Source: Azolla caroliniana
Lineage: Eukaryota > Plantae > Polypodiophyta
NCBI GenBank assembly: GCA_043228905.1
Contig: JBHGNT010000007.1
Coordinates: forward strand, 20,026,001 to 20,090,000
Reading direction: 5' to 3'
DNA: 64,000 nucleotides
The translations under genes and the position numbers were made by a program. The notes under the pieces are model-generated. The model worked only from the letters and a program-made list of their open reading frames with translations. It did not search any database and had not been told where the DNA came from. This document shows, in pieces, positions 24,523 through 39,254 of the stretch. Position 1 is the stretch's first letter, and every line of letters begins with the position of its first letter.

Positions 24523-25621
24523 CATAAACAGAAGGAAATGATGGCCTGGGGGCAAGCTATAGAATATCTAAAACTTGCATAATAAACATAACCCATGAAA
24601 ATTCTTTGGCCATGGATTGTTGGTTTCTTCCTATTCTCTTTCTTCTTCTTCTTCTTCTTCTTCATTAAGACATTTCTGAGATGATCAGAAACCTCTATCA
24701 GAAATGAATCTGCGCATGGATTAGGGGTCTTCTTCTTCTACTTCAAAACACAATGTTTCTATTATTATTAGCATTTAAATTCTTCTTCTTTGTCTTCTTC
24801 TTCTTCTTCTTCTTCTTCTTCTTCTCTGTTTCGGGTATTTGGGCGCTCTCTCTATGCTCCCTACGCGCCTTTTAATCCTTCTCTGCAGATTAGGAATTGT
24901 TTCTCTGATCGCTTTTTGACAAAAGTTTCAGTGATTTTCTTTTTTTTATTGTTTTGCTTCTCTGGTTGAAATTTTCAATGGAAAATTTCATCCTCTGGAT
25001 TAGGGTATTTCTAATTGGTTAATATGAAACAAAGTTTCAATGTTTTTTCTTCTAATGGATTAGGGTATATACTCGCTCTTTAACAGATAACAACGTATAA
25101 CTATATGCGCACACGTGCATATAATATACTGTAGGATTAGGATATGTTTGATTGTTTATTCAAACAAAAATGATTCGATTTTACTCTTTCGAGGATTAGA
25201 GTTCCTCAATGATTCAACGATTTTAGTTTTATCTTGTTATCATCTGTAGATTAGGGTAATTGTTACATTCTAAACAGAGATTCAATGCTCTCTTCTTGTG
25301 ATTGTTTTCGTTCTTATCAAAGCGAATTTGGTTTTCGGCCGATTGAGATATTGATCTGCTGATGTCTTATTTGTGTCGTCTTCTGGAATAGAGATAAGAT
25401 AATGTATCTTCTGTAGATTATAATAAAGTTGTTGTTTCTACATAGATTCAGTTTCAATATTTATTTTCTATAGGTTCAGGCAAACTGTTTTAATTACTTT
25501 TGTTGTTTTTGTTTATAAAAAGAGCCATTAGATTACTCCTTTGCTGTATTTTAATTCTGGTCTGTCTTAATGTATGGGAGTGACTAAATTTATTTGAGTA
25601 CTTTTGTCATTAGGGTAGAAC

Positions 25622-28454
25622 ATGGCTCCCACAAATGATGCAAACACAGAAGCAAAGATGGTCGGTGAGCCAGTGAAGTTAAATGTCTACGATCTCACGG
25701 ATATGAATGGATACATGTATTGGTTCGGGCTTGGTGTATATCATTCGGCTATCGAAGGTGGGATTCTGAATCCATTTTCCAATATGTTCTCAACCAAATT
25801 TTGCCTTTTCTTCCTTTTCTCAAGTGAAATGATTGATTAACATGCATGTACTACCAATGCATGCAAAAAACATTAATTTGTATTGCACGCTAAAACTTTG
25901 ATTAGCAATTTGCACTCCAAGAATTTGATTGACGATGCATGCACCTTCTCGAGGGAACAGAAATTTTGTTTAGTAATTCATGCTAAAACTTGGATTAGCA
26001 ATTCAGCAGTTTCCTTAACCTCAAAATGATTCCATAACTTTCAAGAGAATTTTCTTTCGTGGAACAAGTTGGCTCATTAATATATACACCATTGCTTACA
26101 TTATGAAAGTAATTTACAGAGTTTGAATAATAATATTGTTTCTGCAAGTTGTTGCATCTTACATAAGACACCAGTTATAATCAGGATTTGACAAAGACAC
26201 AACCTATTGACAAATTCTATGCTTTCTTTACGCTAAAAGAGAATCATCCGTTTGGTACTTTCATGATGTGAATAAGCCAAGAGCTTCTGAAAAGGACACA
26301 ATACATGCTGTCAGACTTTTCAGTTATGAAGACATTTATATTGAGCTTTCAGACAAATGATATGCACTATGAGTTGTATATATGACCTCTCCATGATTTT
26401 TACTTTTTCCTTATGAATAAAGTTCATAGAAGTCTTTGTATTTTAAGGCCTTAGAATCAGCAATGTTCCTTTTACAGGATATTCCGAAACGATTATTAGT
26501 GTAGTGTCATGCAATAAAGGTTCTTGCCATTGGTTAGATAAAGGATCTTGATAAGGTCTTTATATTTCCTGCCATTCACGATTTTCCTTGATTGTTGATA
26601 TAATAAAGATGAAAGCTCTTGCATACATACTCCTCAATGTTTCTATGCAATGTACCCTGATTCCATTCACTCTTCATGATGCATTTATTCAATGAGTAGA
26701 AGAACTTGATCTAAGGGGAAGACTTTCTGTAAGCCCAACGACTTCTTCAGTTCTACCTCTTCAACATCACTTACTTGAGAATCACTCTAAATTCCTAGAT
26801 TCCTGAAGTGCGAGTCGCCAAGTTATTTAAATGCATCTTTGAAGCGCAGATCATTACTAACCAAAATTGCAGTAACCTAAATTTTCAAATGTGAGCCGCC
26901 AAACTTATGGAAATGCATCCACTAATTACTACCTATCTCAAACGTGGGTAATCTTATTTGTCATGAGAGGTTGCTTGTCAAGATCAATGAAAGATTTGGC
27001 ATCATCATGAAGCATCTCAAATTGTATCATTAGGATAATTTCAATCAATAAAAACATGTAAAAGAAAACTAGTAAGTATTTTGTAATTCCTGTGACTCTC
27101 CGAAGTTCTATGTACAACACAAGCTGTGGATGTAAAGCAGTTAAAATCAACATTATAGAGATTCACATAGGTTGCTAGCTATGTACTTCAGAAGCTTGAG
27201 ATTTATGATTGAGTTTATATATAAGTATATTCCAGATCCCCATAGTCAAGGGCAGTTATACGTTGTCATTATAATGAAGCTCATTGCTAGAGCTCATGAT
27301 CTTCAACTATTCTAAGGAATTGAACTCTACAATATATCATTTTCTTATCAAAAGATATAAACTCCTACTTTGACCTACAAAATACAGTTCAGCTCATATA
27401 TCTTCCTAGATGAACAATAGAAGCCTGGATTCATGCATTCATGCATGTGAACATAAATGTATGGGCATATTGTATGTTTACATGTATGAATCTCCAGTAT
27501 GTATGTATGCATATATGTGTGTATGTATTGTTATATATGTATTTGTGCGTGCTATATATGGATGTATTTTCCTGTATATAAGATGCAAATGTAACATCTA
27601 ATACTCTTGTTTCTGAGAAGAAAAATACAGCTTATGGCGTAGAATATGCATATGGTGCCCATGACTATCCAGCAAGTGGTGTATTTGAAGTGGAACCACA
27701 ACAATGTCCGGGGTTCAAGTTCCGCAAATCGATGACATTAGGCACAGTACGGATGGGACCCAAGAAGTTCAGAGACTTCATGGAAGAAATTTCCTATGAA
27801 TATTTTGGTGATTCTTATCATTTGCTCTACAAAAACTGCAACCATTTTTGTGAAGATGTTTGCAAGAGGCTACTGGATGCACCTCTTCCGGGTTGGATCA
27901 ACCGTCTTGCTAAAATAGGTCGTGCTTCAATTTAAACCAATAAGAAATTCTATTGAATTACCGTGGCTTTGAAAATTGTGTTCAATTAATCTGGGATATG
28001 TTTCATTCTCTATATATATTTGAAGCTATTTTGCAAATTTTCAGGAACGTTATGCAGTTGTTGTTTACCAGATGGACTTCCGCCTGAAGGGCTTGACACA
28101 GATTATGATGAGATTTATGGGGAGCCTATAAAGTGCTCTGACCAAAGTGCAAAGTGCTCCAACAAAACCAAAAAGTACGCTGATGAAAATCTAAAGTGTT
28201 CTGATAAAAATGGGTATCACAGGTTGTCTTGTAACGCCGATAATGGCAAATCAACTCGGAAAAGACATTTGATATGCTCATCTGCATTCATCCAATCATC
28301 TCTTAAAGATGGGATCTCGTTTTCTCGTGACCATTCTTTATCAAAGTCTTTGAAAGGTGGAATCTCGTTGTCTCGAGACATAAAAGACCACGCTTTCTCA
28401 AAGAAACCAAGGGAACCTGCAGAAGGCTGCAAATGCATAGCCATGCCGCTGTAG
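25622..28454 (+). CDS. DeSI-like / PPPDE putative deSUMOylating isopeptidase, 3 coding exons
   Basis: Exons 25622-25757, 27631-27918, 28045-28454. VKLNVYDLT...GLGVYHS (catalytic His), EYAYGAHDYP, YHLLYKNCNHFC (catalytic Cys), PGWINRLA. Confidence 0.93.
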
Positions 28455-29039
28455 GGTTAAGTTCTTTAAAATGTAACAGTAAAAGTAAATAATAATAGGA
28501 AAGGCAAGTTAATAGAGAGACATTCTTGAACAATGATGCCAAATCTAGAGTTCCCTACAAAGTAATGACATTATAAAGTATCATTTAATTTCATGAACAT
28601 GGTAAAATGTTGCCATCCAAAATGTTATGTATAAAAATAAACGGCAAAAAATTATCAATTAATCTGGGATGATAAAATAATTTAGGCAAAAATTGGCAGT
28701 CAACTAGAACAGATGACTATGTAATTTAGCCTCTACAACCTCACTATTAATTTATGTCAAACTAGGTACACGTGTGAAAGTGAATGATACATCCATGATT
28801 GTCACCCATAAAGTATTGTACCAGTAATACACATCTTCCCAATAAGTACATTAGGCATGATGCCAGCACTTGTAAGCGGGTTATGAGAGACAGGTATTGA
28901 CCAGTCAACGTCTATGACAGGCTGAAATTGAAACCAGAAAATCCTCAAAATACAATCAGCATAGGTTGAAATTGAAAGCAGCAAATCATCAAATTACAAC
29001 AAGCATTTATGTTAACCCTTGAGAGTCTACATCAGTTGT

Positions 29040-29212
29040 TTATAATTAACATATACACCAGTCACCAGCTAACTCAATTGTTTGCATTCCACATCACTCC
29101 ACTCGTGAGTAAAATCAATTGCTTGCAGTCAACATATATACTGATCACCAGGTAAATCAATTGTTTGCAGTAATGATTTACACCGACCACTAGCTAAAGC
29201 AATTGGGTGCAT
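29040..29212. repeat. Degenerate short repeats (acacc...ccagctaa.tcaattg.ttgca)
   Basis: Three to four similar units can be seen. Confidence 0.5.
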
Positions 29213-29748
29213 TGGATTGCAAGTTGTTGAAATGTCATACATATATATGACTACTTCAATAGACCATGCTAGATGGATTGCTAAATGTGCTTACGTGAAT
29301 GGGTCCATGACATGCAGACAGGCTAAATAAAGGTAATTGGTTAATGGGACACATACTAATTCATGGCAGTAAATATAAGATGACAGAATGTTTGTATAAA
29401 CTTTGAGACATGTACAAAATATGTATCATAGATAAAGCACCTCATCACCCACCATTTATAGTAGTTATACAAAGGTGAAAACGGCTGTCCACCCCTTCAA
29501 TGTGGTTTTCATGAAAATACGTACCTTGATTACACTGGATGCAAAATCATGATTAAGAAAATGAACACATTTACAAAATTTGATTAGTCTTTCTTTCTAT
29601 TTCATACAAAAACAGGGCAATATATTAACTGTACAAAAGGTCTCGCCACATAATTCTGAATGTCATACAAAGTCTAGTGGCATAAAAGCTAACAAGAATA
29701 TTGGCACTTACAAATGTTTCCAAGTCAAGTATTGTTCTTCACTCCCTT

Positions 29749-32700
29749 TCATCCTTCTGAAGGATCCCACCTATTCATCTCTCTCAAATTTAATCTCTCC
29801 TTATGTTTCTCCATTCGCATCAAATCAGTTTCCGAACTTATATTATTGTCAGGTGAAGTTCTGTCACCTCGTCTTCTCTTCTGTCGTCTTGTATTATCAT
29901 CGTGAGAGCTTCCGTCTCTACATGGGGACCTTCTACTCGATTTCCTTTCCTTACTGTGCTCATCCTTTCTCTTATGATGATGATGATCATCCTTTCGGCT
30001 TCGATGATGACGATGTTCTTCCTGTGAATGTCTTATATGATCATGACTTGTCTCACGCTCTTCTTCCCGAATGTTTTTTCTTTCATGTTTACGGTGATGA
30101 TGCCTACCCACATCATCTTCCCTGTTATGATCTCCAAAAGACTCTCTCTTTCCACGTCTCTCATGTTCTTCAAAAGACTCCTTTTCCTCATGCTTCTCAG
30201 CATGATATCTTCTGCTCTCATCATCTTCCTTTTCGTGTCTCTCAAGTTCTCCATAAAACTGCTTTTCATGTTTCTTAGTTTGATGCCTTTTGTGGTCTTC
30301 TGATGAAACATGTGACTTTTTTTCATATCCAGCATGTTTTTCTTGGCTGTGAGATCTTCCCCCATATCTCTTGTGATGATCTGCTTCTTGATAGGTACTC
30401 CGATCATCACTTTCACGTTCCTGGTAACTGGCTCTTCTAACACTATGACGCCGCCTTTTGTAATCCTCTTCATAGTAACCTTTAGAATCGTCGTCTGCTC
30501 TCAATTTATGTTGTTTTCTTCCGCTCTCGTCTTGGAACTGAGAATCTTTGGAACTCAATTCTGATGATCTTTTTGCCTGCAAGATATTCACAAGCTTCCA
30601 CTAAATGTGACTGGAATTGAAATGTTTATATAGTTCTTTAGCCTAAGTATGCTAGTTACATATTCCAGCACCACAGGCTTATCCCCAGACCGATGTGATC
30701 TCCTCTTTGGCAGTTGGGGTATCTGAGAAAATTAAGAGCAATTTTCAGATTTTTCTGTCATAATTTCAATGTTTGATCAAATTGCATATTATGATGAAAT
30801 AACAAAAATCTTACCTCCCATCTTTGCAAATAATTGCCCGGCAAAGGTATCCCAAGTTTTTCAAGTTCTTTTTCTGGAATAGGCCGCCTACACATGGTCT
30901 CATAAATTACTCTAAAAATTGTAACAAAAACCTACTTTCCATACAGAAAATGTGCTTAGGAAACACACGAAAAATGTGATGACAAAACAGAATTAACAAC
31001 CTAACTGAGTAGAACGTATCTTGATATGCAATGGGAGGCTCATCCGTGATGAGAGCTAGAGTGGAAATACAAATGCATAAAAAACCCACCAGCAGAGTGA
31101 ACAAGAAAAAACTAATAATCAAATAAAGGCGTGCACAGATATAAACTTCACCAAACATTTCATGAAGTCAAAAATTCATAAGTGAAAGATAAGTACAAAA
31201 TAAGACAAAGAGAGTAACTGATATCTTATAATTAAGGATTTCTAAAGCTTTAAACTAATAAGACAGATATACATACAAGTCATACTTACAAAGGTTTGCG
31301 AAATGGTCGATCTCGACCACCAAATCGTAATTGGCCTGACTCCTTACGACCACCCAAACCACCTCCTGCATAGAACTTCCAAACATATCATGATTATCTA
31401 TTACGTCAGAAATGTTGAGTGTTCAAGGAATGTGCAACAGAAATAGCATGAAATATATAGCTATTCAACCCTTTCAAAAATGATTGGAGAAAAAGGGGAA
31501 CCATGTATTGGCAAATTAATGTTTCTTTGTGCCACTAAGAAATGTTATCTCACTGACACATAGTTTAAAATTTTGTCACAGTATGACGTGTTCAAAATCC
31601 ATCCTTCAAGTTCTACATTCTCTATAAACATTATCGTTGCATGGTGCACCCATCTTATATGACTCATGCAATCATGTATAGTTGGATGCCCAACCCTTCA
31701 AAAGAGGTATTAACTGGACATCGCTGCCACTACTTGACATTTATTATACCTAGGCATGTGAAAGTATAAATAAAAACTGTGAAGAACTAGAAGTAGACAT
31801 TATTATCAGCATAGTCGTCTCATGAATCTTTTAAGAAACGGATATAAGACCCAGAAAAAAACACAAAATAGAATGGATTTCAATACACAACCAATTAGAT
31901 TCGCAGAAGGATGACAGTGGGAGTCTAGAAATGTATAGACAGTAGATTCATTTTCTCAGAGAATCAATTCATCGTATCATCATGGTTAGAGGGACTATAT
32001 ATATTTTGCAACCTTCCATAAAAGTGATCATTTCAACTGACAATATAATATTAGGGTGAATTACCAGGTTGTTCTTACCTAATCTGCGCGGAATCCAGCC
32101 TGGCATTAGTAGTTGTCTATTGTAGTCCACCAATATTTGACTGCCATCAATGTTTACATGTTGAGCTGACTGAAAACCATAAAACCCTAGAAAATCAAGC
32201 CCTAAAAACCACGTAAACAGTAAGTAACCACGATGACCATTCCACGAACCTCATATGCATACCGCATTTCCTTTTCTGTTTCGTACTCCACAAATGCATA
32301 TCCTTGAGATGCTCCCGTAACTAACCAAACGCATTCATTTTAAGCCAGAGTGAATTTTTTAATAAGTGAAAAAAGCTGTCTGGAGATATCGATCATAATA
32401 ACCAATACTACACTCACCAATATGTCGGACAAGTCTAAGATTTTTTATCCTCCCGTATTTACTCATAACCTGCATATATAGAAATAGGAAACGTGATTTA
32501 TTTGTCATCATTATTGATCTTGCATTGTATGCGTCATCCTGTTTGCCAGATTTCTGATTCAATTTTACCCATACAATACACCAAAATGTGGATCCTTTCG
32601 GTCTGTACATATTAACTTATATTTAAGCTGTACCAATCAACATATGTCCAAAAAAAAGGAATTCGCTTGACTTAGGACACCTACCTCCGAGAGTGTTTGT

Positions 32701-34067
32701 TCTGTTGTGTCTCTTGACAATCGCCCGACAAAAATAATACAATAAGGATCCCCTTGTGCTTTAGCATCCCCCAAAGGATCATCTAAAAATAACACATAAA
32801 AACTATTGCATTATGTAGAACAGATCCTAGAATAATAATATGCATTTGATCATGTGCACTCATAAAAAAAATGGAAAGAAAAAAGTGAAAGCATTGTACA
32901 TTGTCATGGAAGTTTGGACATGTGTAAACAAGATTAATCATCAGATTGGAAACCTTACAAGACAGATGTACAAGTTCCAAACTCAACTCACATTCAGGTT
33001 TTAACTGGCTCAATAGCACGCCTCATGTTTTTACACAGAGATACTGAAGCACTATACATGTTCTACTTTCCAGACCCATTGATCATTTCAGTTCCCCGTC
33101 TACTTCCATAGAATTGGAGGAACTCAATGCCACCAGGTTCTTTAGGTGTATATGCATTGCAGTTAATCCCAAAGAAAGCACTTTGCCACTTTATTTGAAG
33201 GAAATTTTAAATTTATGTTATCTTAAAAGTTAACAGAAATGCATGGATAAGTTTAGCAATGTGTATTCAGGAAGAATAATTGAAACCACTCCTTTGACTC
33301 TTATTATTCTAACACAGATGTACAAAAGACATAAGTTTTCATTGTAAATTTAACAGTATTTTCCAGAAGAGAATTGAAAATAACCATACAAAATGCACGA
33401 GAGTGGATACAAGTTATTCAAGCTTTTCACATGAGTACTTCACAAGGTTGATTATTCCTTTAAATTCCTATTACCTCCTTTGTTGAAGATCTGGCACTAT
33501 TTTACTGTAATAATTCAGGCAGTAAGGTTCAGAAAGTCGATGCATCAATGAAATTTTAAATGTATTTGAAATTGTTTTGGAGGTGTTGATATTGCATTTT
33601 ACTTTATTTTTTTCTTCAGAGTTAGATGGGTCGGTTCTAAGCTCTCAATACATTATCATCTTCTTCTTCAGCACTCTCTCTTTCTCTCATGTTGCATGGC
33701 TTGGGTTTAATCTTTCTCTCTTTAAAGTTATAAGGGTTGGGTCTAATGTCTTGATACATTATCATCATCATCTCTCTATACATTATCATCACCAACATCT
33801 GTCTCTACATATGTACATCATCTCTCTGTGTATGTCTTCCTTATTAGGGCTGACTCTAGTTTTTACCAACCCAGACACCCAATCTCAAAAGTTACGGAAC
33901 AGATCAAAGAGGGAAGAGAAGAGAGACTTACAGAGACCCGTGGAAGAAGCAAGCATAGCTCGATAGACACCATTGTCGTGAGGAGCAGTGTCTGTACCAT
34001 CGATGCTCCCAGCTTGAACAGGGTGATAGACGTGGGAGTAGAACACGGCATTCAAATCATGAGACAT
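29749..34067 (-). CDS. SNRNP35: U11/U12 snRNP 35 kDa protein (minor spliceosome, RRM) with a long R/H/D/E-rich C-terminus
   Basis: Exons 34067-33932, 32782-32685, 32469-32418, 32320-32250, 32169-32079, 31365-31290, 30887-30815, from 30722, and a last exon of about 30576-29749. Motifs [70 protein letters not shown]. The last intron boundary is uncertain. Confidence 0.92.
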
Positions 34068-34217
34068 CCTTCCACTTCTTCTTCCTCTTCTTTCCTCTTC
34101 TTCTTCTTCTTCTTCTTCTTCTTCTTCTTCACACGCGGTCTGTCTGTGTTTTTTCTGCCCTCCTCTGTTCTAAGGGCTCTGTCTCAAATTTCAAATACAT
34201 AAACATTTGTGCGCTGG

Positions 34218-34373
34218 CCATTATTGATCAGAGTAGACCAATCAAGAGCATTATTATTAAGTAATTTACAACCATTATTGATCAGAGTAGACCAATCAAG
34301 AGCATTATTAAGTAAGTTGCAACCATTATTATTGATCAGAGTAGACCAATCAAGATCATTATTAAGTAAGTTG
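34218..34373. repeat. 51-54 bp x 3 tandem repeat, each with CCAAT, upstream of the U11/U12-35K gene
   Basis: ccattattgatcagagtagaccaatcaaga(gc/tc)attattaagtaa starts at 34218, 34272 and 34323. Confidence 0.9.
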
Positions 34374-36057
34374 CTCATTAGAGGATTTACGCCCGGGGAA
34401 AGAGATATGGAAAGTACTATTGCTTGACCGCTGTTCAGATTGCTCTCCTCGATTAGGTGCCCCTTGGTCTAAGGATGTAAATTGGATATTTAGGGAAAAT
34501 TTCAGAGTACCTGCAGCTAACAAGTGGGAAGACAAGTTTATTAGAACGTTATTTTCGGCATGGAAACAAGTATTGCCTGGTTTGCTTCGCTATAAACCTA
34601 AACCCAAACATTATCTTGAGTATCTCAGACAAAAGGATAGTCTGGAATCCGTTGTTTACAACATCAGATGGTTTAAGTGTTGGGTTCTAGCCAATGGTTA
34701 TCGTGGGGGAAAATGGCAGAAGGTCTTGCAAAAACAGTTCAGACATGGCAATGTTTTTTATCATGTTCATGGGAAGAACAAAAAGAAATCCTAGGTAGTA
34801 TGCATGGTGGCCAAATAATGTATCAACAATTTCAAGATGCTATGAGTAGATTCCCCATTCCACCCAATAACTCTAACCACACATGGGTTGGAGTTTATTC
34901 AAGATTGGAAGTACTCTTGGTTGTTAAGGGATATTCAGATGATAAGACCTACCGATCTTTTGAGATGGATGAAGCAAATCAATTGACACAGTTGGGGGAA
35001 ATGAGGATAGATTACCCTTATGCTATGGAACACAAGATAAGAGTCATCGGATATGCTGACCGGAAATGGTACATTGATCCAATGATTGAGGAAAAAAAAC
35101 CGGTATTCAGATTAGAATGGGATCCAATTGATTATTAGTGGACAGATCCTTTTACGGGGAACAAGTTTAATTTCTTCCAATATTCTATACAGTTAGGAAG
35201 ACATGTGCTTTCAGATACACGAGATGTGATGCTGATTGCATTTCAATATTGGAATCAACAAGGTATTACTCCCCAATTCCTTGCAAATTTTTGGGTGGTA
35301 TTATGGGCAAGAAAACAACCCCATCAAATATTGCATGTACAGTGGTTACTTGTACACCGAGCCTTGCCGGTTGGCACATGGCTGCATAGGATGGGAGTAG
35401 ATTCTACTTGTGCACAATGACATTTACAAATGGAAACTCAAAAACATTGCTTATGGGAATGTACTGAGTCTCAACTGATATGGCAACGTCTCCTTATAAT
35501 TTTTGTTAACTATTTCCCCCCATTGGTTTTCACTTGGGGCATGGTAGTTTGGACATCTCTTGTCTGTGATGCATTTCATTATGATGCCGAATCTATGGAC
35601 CATGGATTTTACACTAAATCTGGAAGTGTTCATACAATACCATTGTTGTCATTACAGTTTATAGGAACACGAAAGGAAGTCCAACCAGCATGGGAGATAT
35701 TGAGTAGTACCACTATATATCATATTTGGAAGGTTAGGTGCTCTCTTATTTTCCATCAGCTAAAAACACCACTAGCCGAATTGGTTTCAAATATTTGGTT
35801 AGACATAGTTCATACTTTGAAGGGACAATGGGATGGTATTGTTGGAGTTTCTGATGCTAAAATTGCTCAACGGCATGAGTTTATCACTATATCGAAAGCT
35901 ACTCCATTCATGACAGCCAACTGAAGTACTCCTTATTGGCATTTTCAACCTCTGAAATGGTTGTTTCCCCCCCCAATCACATAGAATTTAAATCTTGTAA
36001 AATGGTTACACTAATGACAGGATATCTTCTTAAAAAACAACAACAACAACAACAACA
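34374..36057 (+). mobile_element. 5'-truncated L1-like LINE, ORF2 3' part with zf-RVT and (CAA)n tail, copy B
   Basis: Frameshifted ORFs ending WLLVHRALPVGTWL...METQKHCLWEC...HIWKVRCSLIFH; tail aaaaaa(caa)n. Confidence 0.88.
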
Positions 36058-36126
36058 CTGCAACCATTTTCTATGATATACATATTTGACAAGCATATAG
36101 ATCTTGGAGGTAGCATGTGATTTATA

Positions 36127-36154
36127 TGCATGCATGCATGTGTGTGTGTGTGTA

Positions 36155-36225
<71 letters not shown>

Positions 36226-36242
36226 ATGCATGTGTGTGTGTA

Positions 36243-36301
<59 letters not shown>

Positions 36302-36662
36302 ATGTATGTATGTATGTATGTATGTATGTATGTATGTATGTATGTATGTATGTATGTATGTATGTATGTATGTATGTATGTATGTATGTATGTATGTATG
36401 TATGTGTGTGTGTGTGTGTATGTATGCGTGTGTGTGTGTATGTATGTATGTATGTATGTATGTATGTATGTATGTATGTATGTATGTATGTATGTATGTA
36501 TGTATGTATGTATGTGTGTGTGTGTGTGTGTGTGTATGTGTGTGTGTGTATGTATGTATGTATGTATCTATGTATCTATGTATCTATGTATCTATGTATG
36601 CATGCATGTATGTATGTATGTATGTATGTATGTATGTATGTATGTATGTTTGTTTGTTTGTT

Positions 36663-36702
<40 letters not shown>
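36127..36702. repeat. Long (TG)n/(TATG)n/(TTTG)n compound microsatellite
   Basis: Seen directly in the sequence. Confidence 0.97.
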
Positions 36703-36703
<1 letters not shown>

Positions 36704-36840
36704 TGCAATTCATTTTCCAATAATGAACATATGCCTTCTTGTGTCCTAATGTCATTACCAAAATGTTACTTACATAGGATGGATAGAATGTTGGCCATCC
36801 TTCAATGCTCGACATCAAATTCAAATACATAATCTAAAAT

Positions 36841-37558
36841 AGCATGTACAATGGTTAGTTGTACACCATGCCTTGCCGGTAGGCACATGGTTGCATAGGA
36901 TGGAAGTATCTTCTGGTTGTACTCGATGTCAATTACAAATGGAAACTCAAAAACATTGTTTATGGGAATGCATTGAGTTTCGACAGATATGGCAACGACT
37001 CCTTAGAGTTTTTGCTAATTATTTTCCCCCATTGGTTTTCACTTGGGGCATGTTGGTTTGGACATCACTTGTCTGTGATGCGTTCCATTATGACAATGAA
37101 TCTATCGACCATGGGTTTTACACTAAATATGGAAGTGTTCATACATTACCATTGCTATCATTACAATTTTCAGAAGGAAGGAAGTCCAACCAGTATGGGA
37201 GATACTGAGTAGTACCATTGTATATCACATTTGGAAGGCTCGGTGCTCTCTCGTTTTCCATAAACTTAAAACACCACTAGCGGAAGTGGTTTCGAACATT
37301 TGGTTAGACATAGTTCATACTTTGAAGGGTCAATGGGATGGTATAGTTGGAGATTCTGAGGCTAAAATTGCTCAACGGAGTGAGTTTCTTATTATCTTGA
37401 CAACTACTCCATTCATGACATCTAATTACGGCACTCCTTATTGGCATTTTCAGCCATCGAAATGGTTGTTTCCCCCGCCGATCACATAGAGGTTTAAAAT
37501 CTTGTAAATTGTTTATACTAATGACAAGATATCTTTTTAAAATAAAATAATAATACAT
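36841..37558 (+). mobile_element. 5'-truncated L1-like LINE 3' end, copy C, with TSD
   Basis: Highly similar to 35333-36035. TSD aatacataatctaaaatagcat (36824-36845) / aatacataatctagaaaagcat (37559-37580), 20/22 identical. Confidence 0.9.
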
Positions 37559-38728
37559 AATACATAATCTAGAAAAGCATTGCTTTCATTGATGTGCATA
37601 CTTATAATGGACCTATAATTAAATCAATTGGCCGATGTTAACATTTAACTACATCTGTATTAGGACTATTGTAAGCCAACTTAAAGAATTGTAAGAACAT
37701 GCGTTTAAGGCATGAATAAATAAATGAGTTGGGTTGTAAATGAATATATGTAAGCATTTGCACATTTTTCTGAATGTGATCATAAGTGGACAAAGATCAT
37801 ATTGTATCACCACCATTGATGATTTTGAGTTATAATAGGAATCTATTAGAGGTGCACTCAATGGCAACGAGACTTGTGCTTGTTAAATTGGAAGTCATTT
37901 AGCTAATGCCTTCTAAAAAGGAAGGATATTCTAAGTAAAGATCTATTGCTTGATAATGTTTCTATATGTGTGTCCTATCAATATCCATACATTTTGTATC
38001 CTATTGCAAATCCAATCGCTCCATTATGTTCTAGTCGGTTATTACAATAGACTCGTAATGTCTTTGAACTCCAAAAAAGTAACACTTCATTTTCAAGGTA
38101 AATTCGAACATTTCAAACAACATATTGTCAAGCTTATGAGGAACTTGATTGAGATTATGCATTCCACCAATGAGACAGATTTACCGTAATGATGGAGACA
38201 TTCTTGCATGTTTCTAGAAATATTTGATGATGATTTGTTTTTAGGGGGATTCCTTTTTGCCCTGTATAGAAGAGAAATGTTGTCATAAATTGAATAGATT
38301 CCATTCACTCATTAATGAAGAAGGTTACGAATTTCGACATTGAGTCAACATCTGTATTTTCTTACAATCACATTGATTGGATTTTATCAATGCTAGTTAA
38401 AATGCTTTTTTGGTTATGCTATTGTAGTTGTTGCATAAACATCACTTCACATGCAGTTTCTATGATGTGCCCCTCCTTGATAAGCCTTGATGCTAAACAT
38501 AAACCCCAATTATATGATCTATGTGTATGCATTGTGTAAACATTGTAAGATCCATATTTCTATTATGGAAAACAATCTCCATGGAAACTAATGAAAACTT
38601 TAAAAACCAATATATGTATACTTCTCTAAGTAAAAATACAAAGCCTATTTAGCTTATTAGCATTTTACAACATTGCCACATGATAAGATGGTTTTCGAAT
38701 GGGTTCTTTCTTTATTTTAATGCAAAAG

Positions 38729-38979
38729 AAAAGGTTGTTCTACTTATTAATATGAAGATGTTTGTCTAGTTCATTGGTCACACATGGCCTTAATAACTTA
38801 ACCTAAATAGGAAGCACTTGACCATTTCCCTACAATGGGGACAGGGTGGAGAAAAGGTTGTTCTACTTATTAATATGAAGATGTTTGTCTAGTCCATTGG
38901 TCACATATGAATGGCAATACATGGCCTTAATAACTTAACCTAAAATGGGAAGCACTTGACCATTTCCCTACAATGGGGA
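38729..38979. repeat. Tandem duplication of about 115-125 bp
   Basis: aaaaggttgttctacttattaatatgaagatg...gaccatttccctacaatgggga occurs twice. Confidence 0.9.
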
Positions 38980-39254
38980 TGAGAGAAGGCGTCGTTCACT
39001 CTCAAGTGTCTCGATAAAGTAGACTAGTTTACCTAGTGAATTGTCTCTCTAGTCTCGATCTTACTTTCCCTATGAAGTCATGAAGAATATGGTTGCATGA
39101 AAGACTTAACTTATGTTGGCACATAAGTCAATCAACTCTACTAATTAGCTATATGGGGAAAACCTCCATACTCATATATGGGAAGTTAAGCTAAAATACT
39201 TAAAATGGAAGCTTAAGGTTTGGGCTTTGGTGTAATGAAGAGGGTTAATGATTA

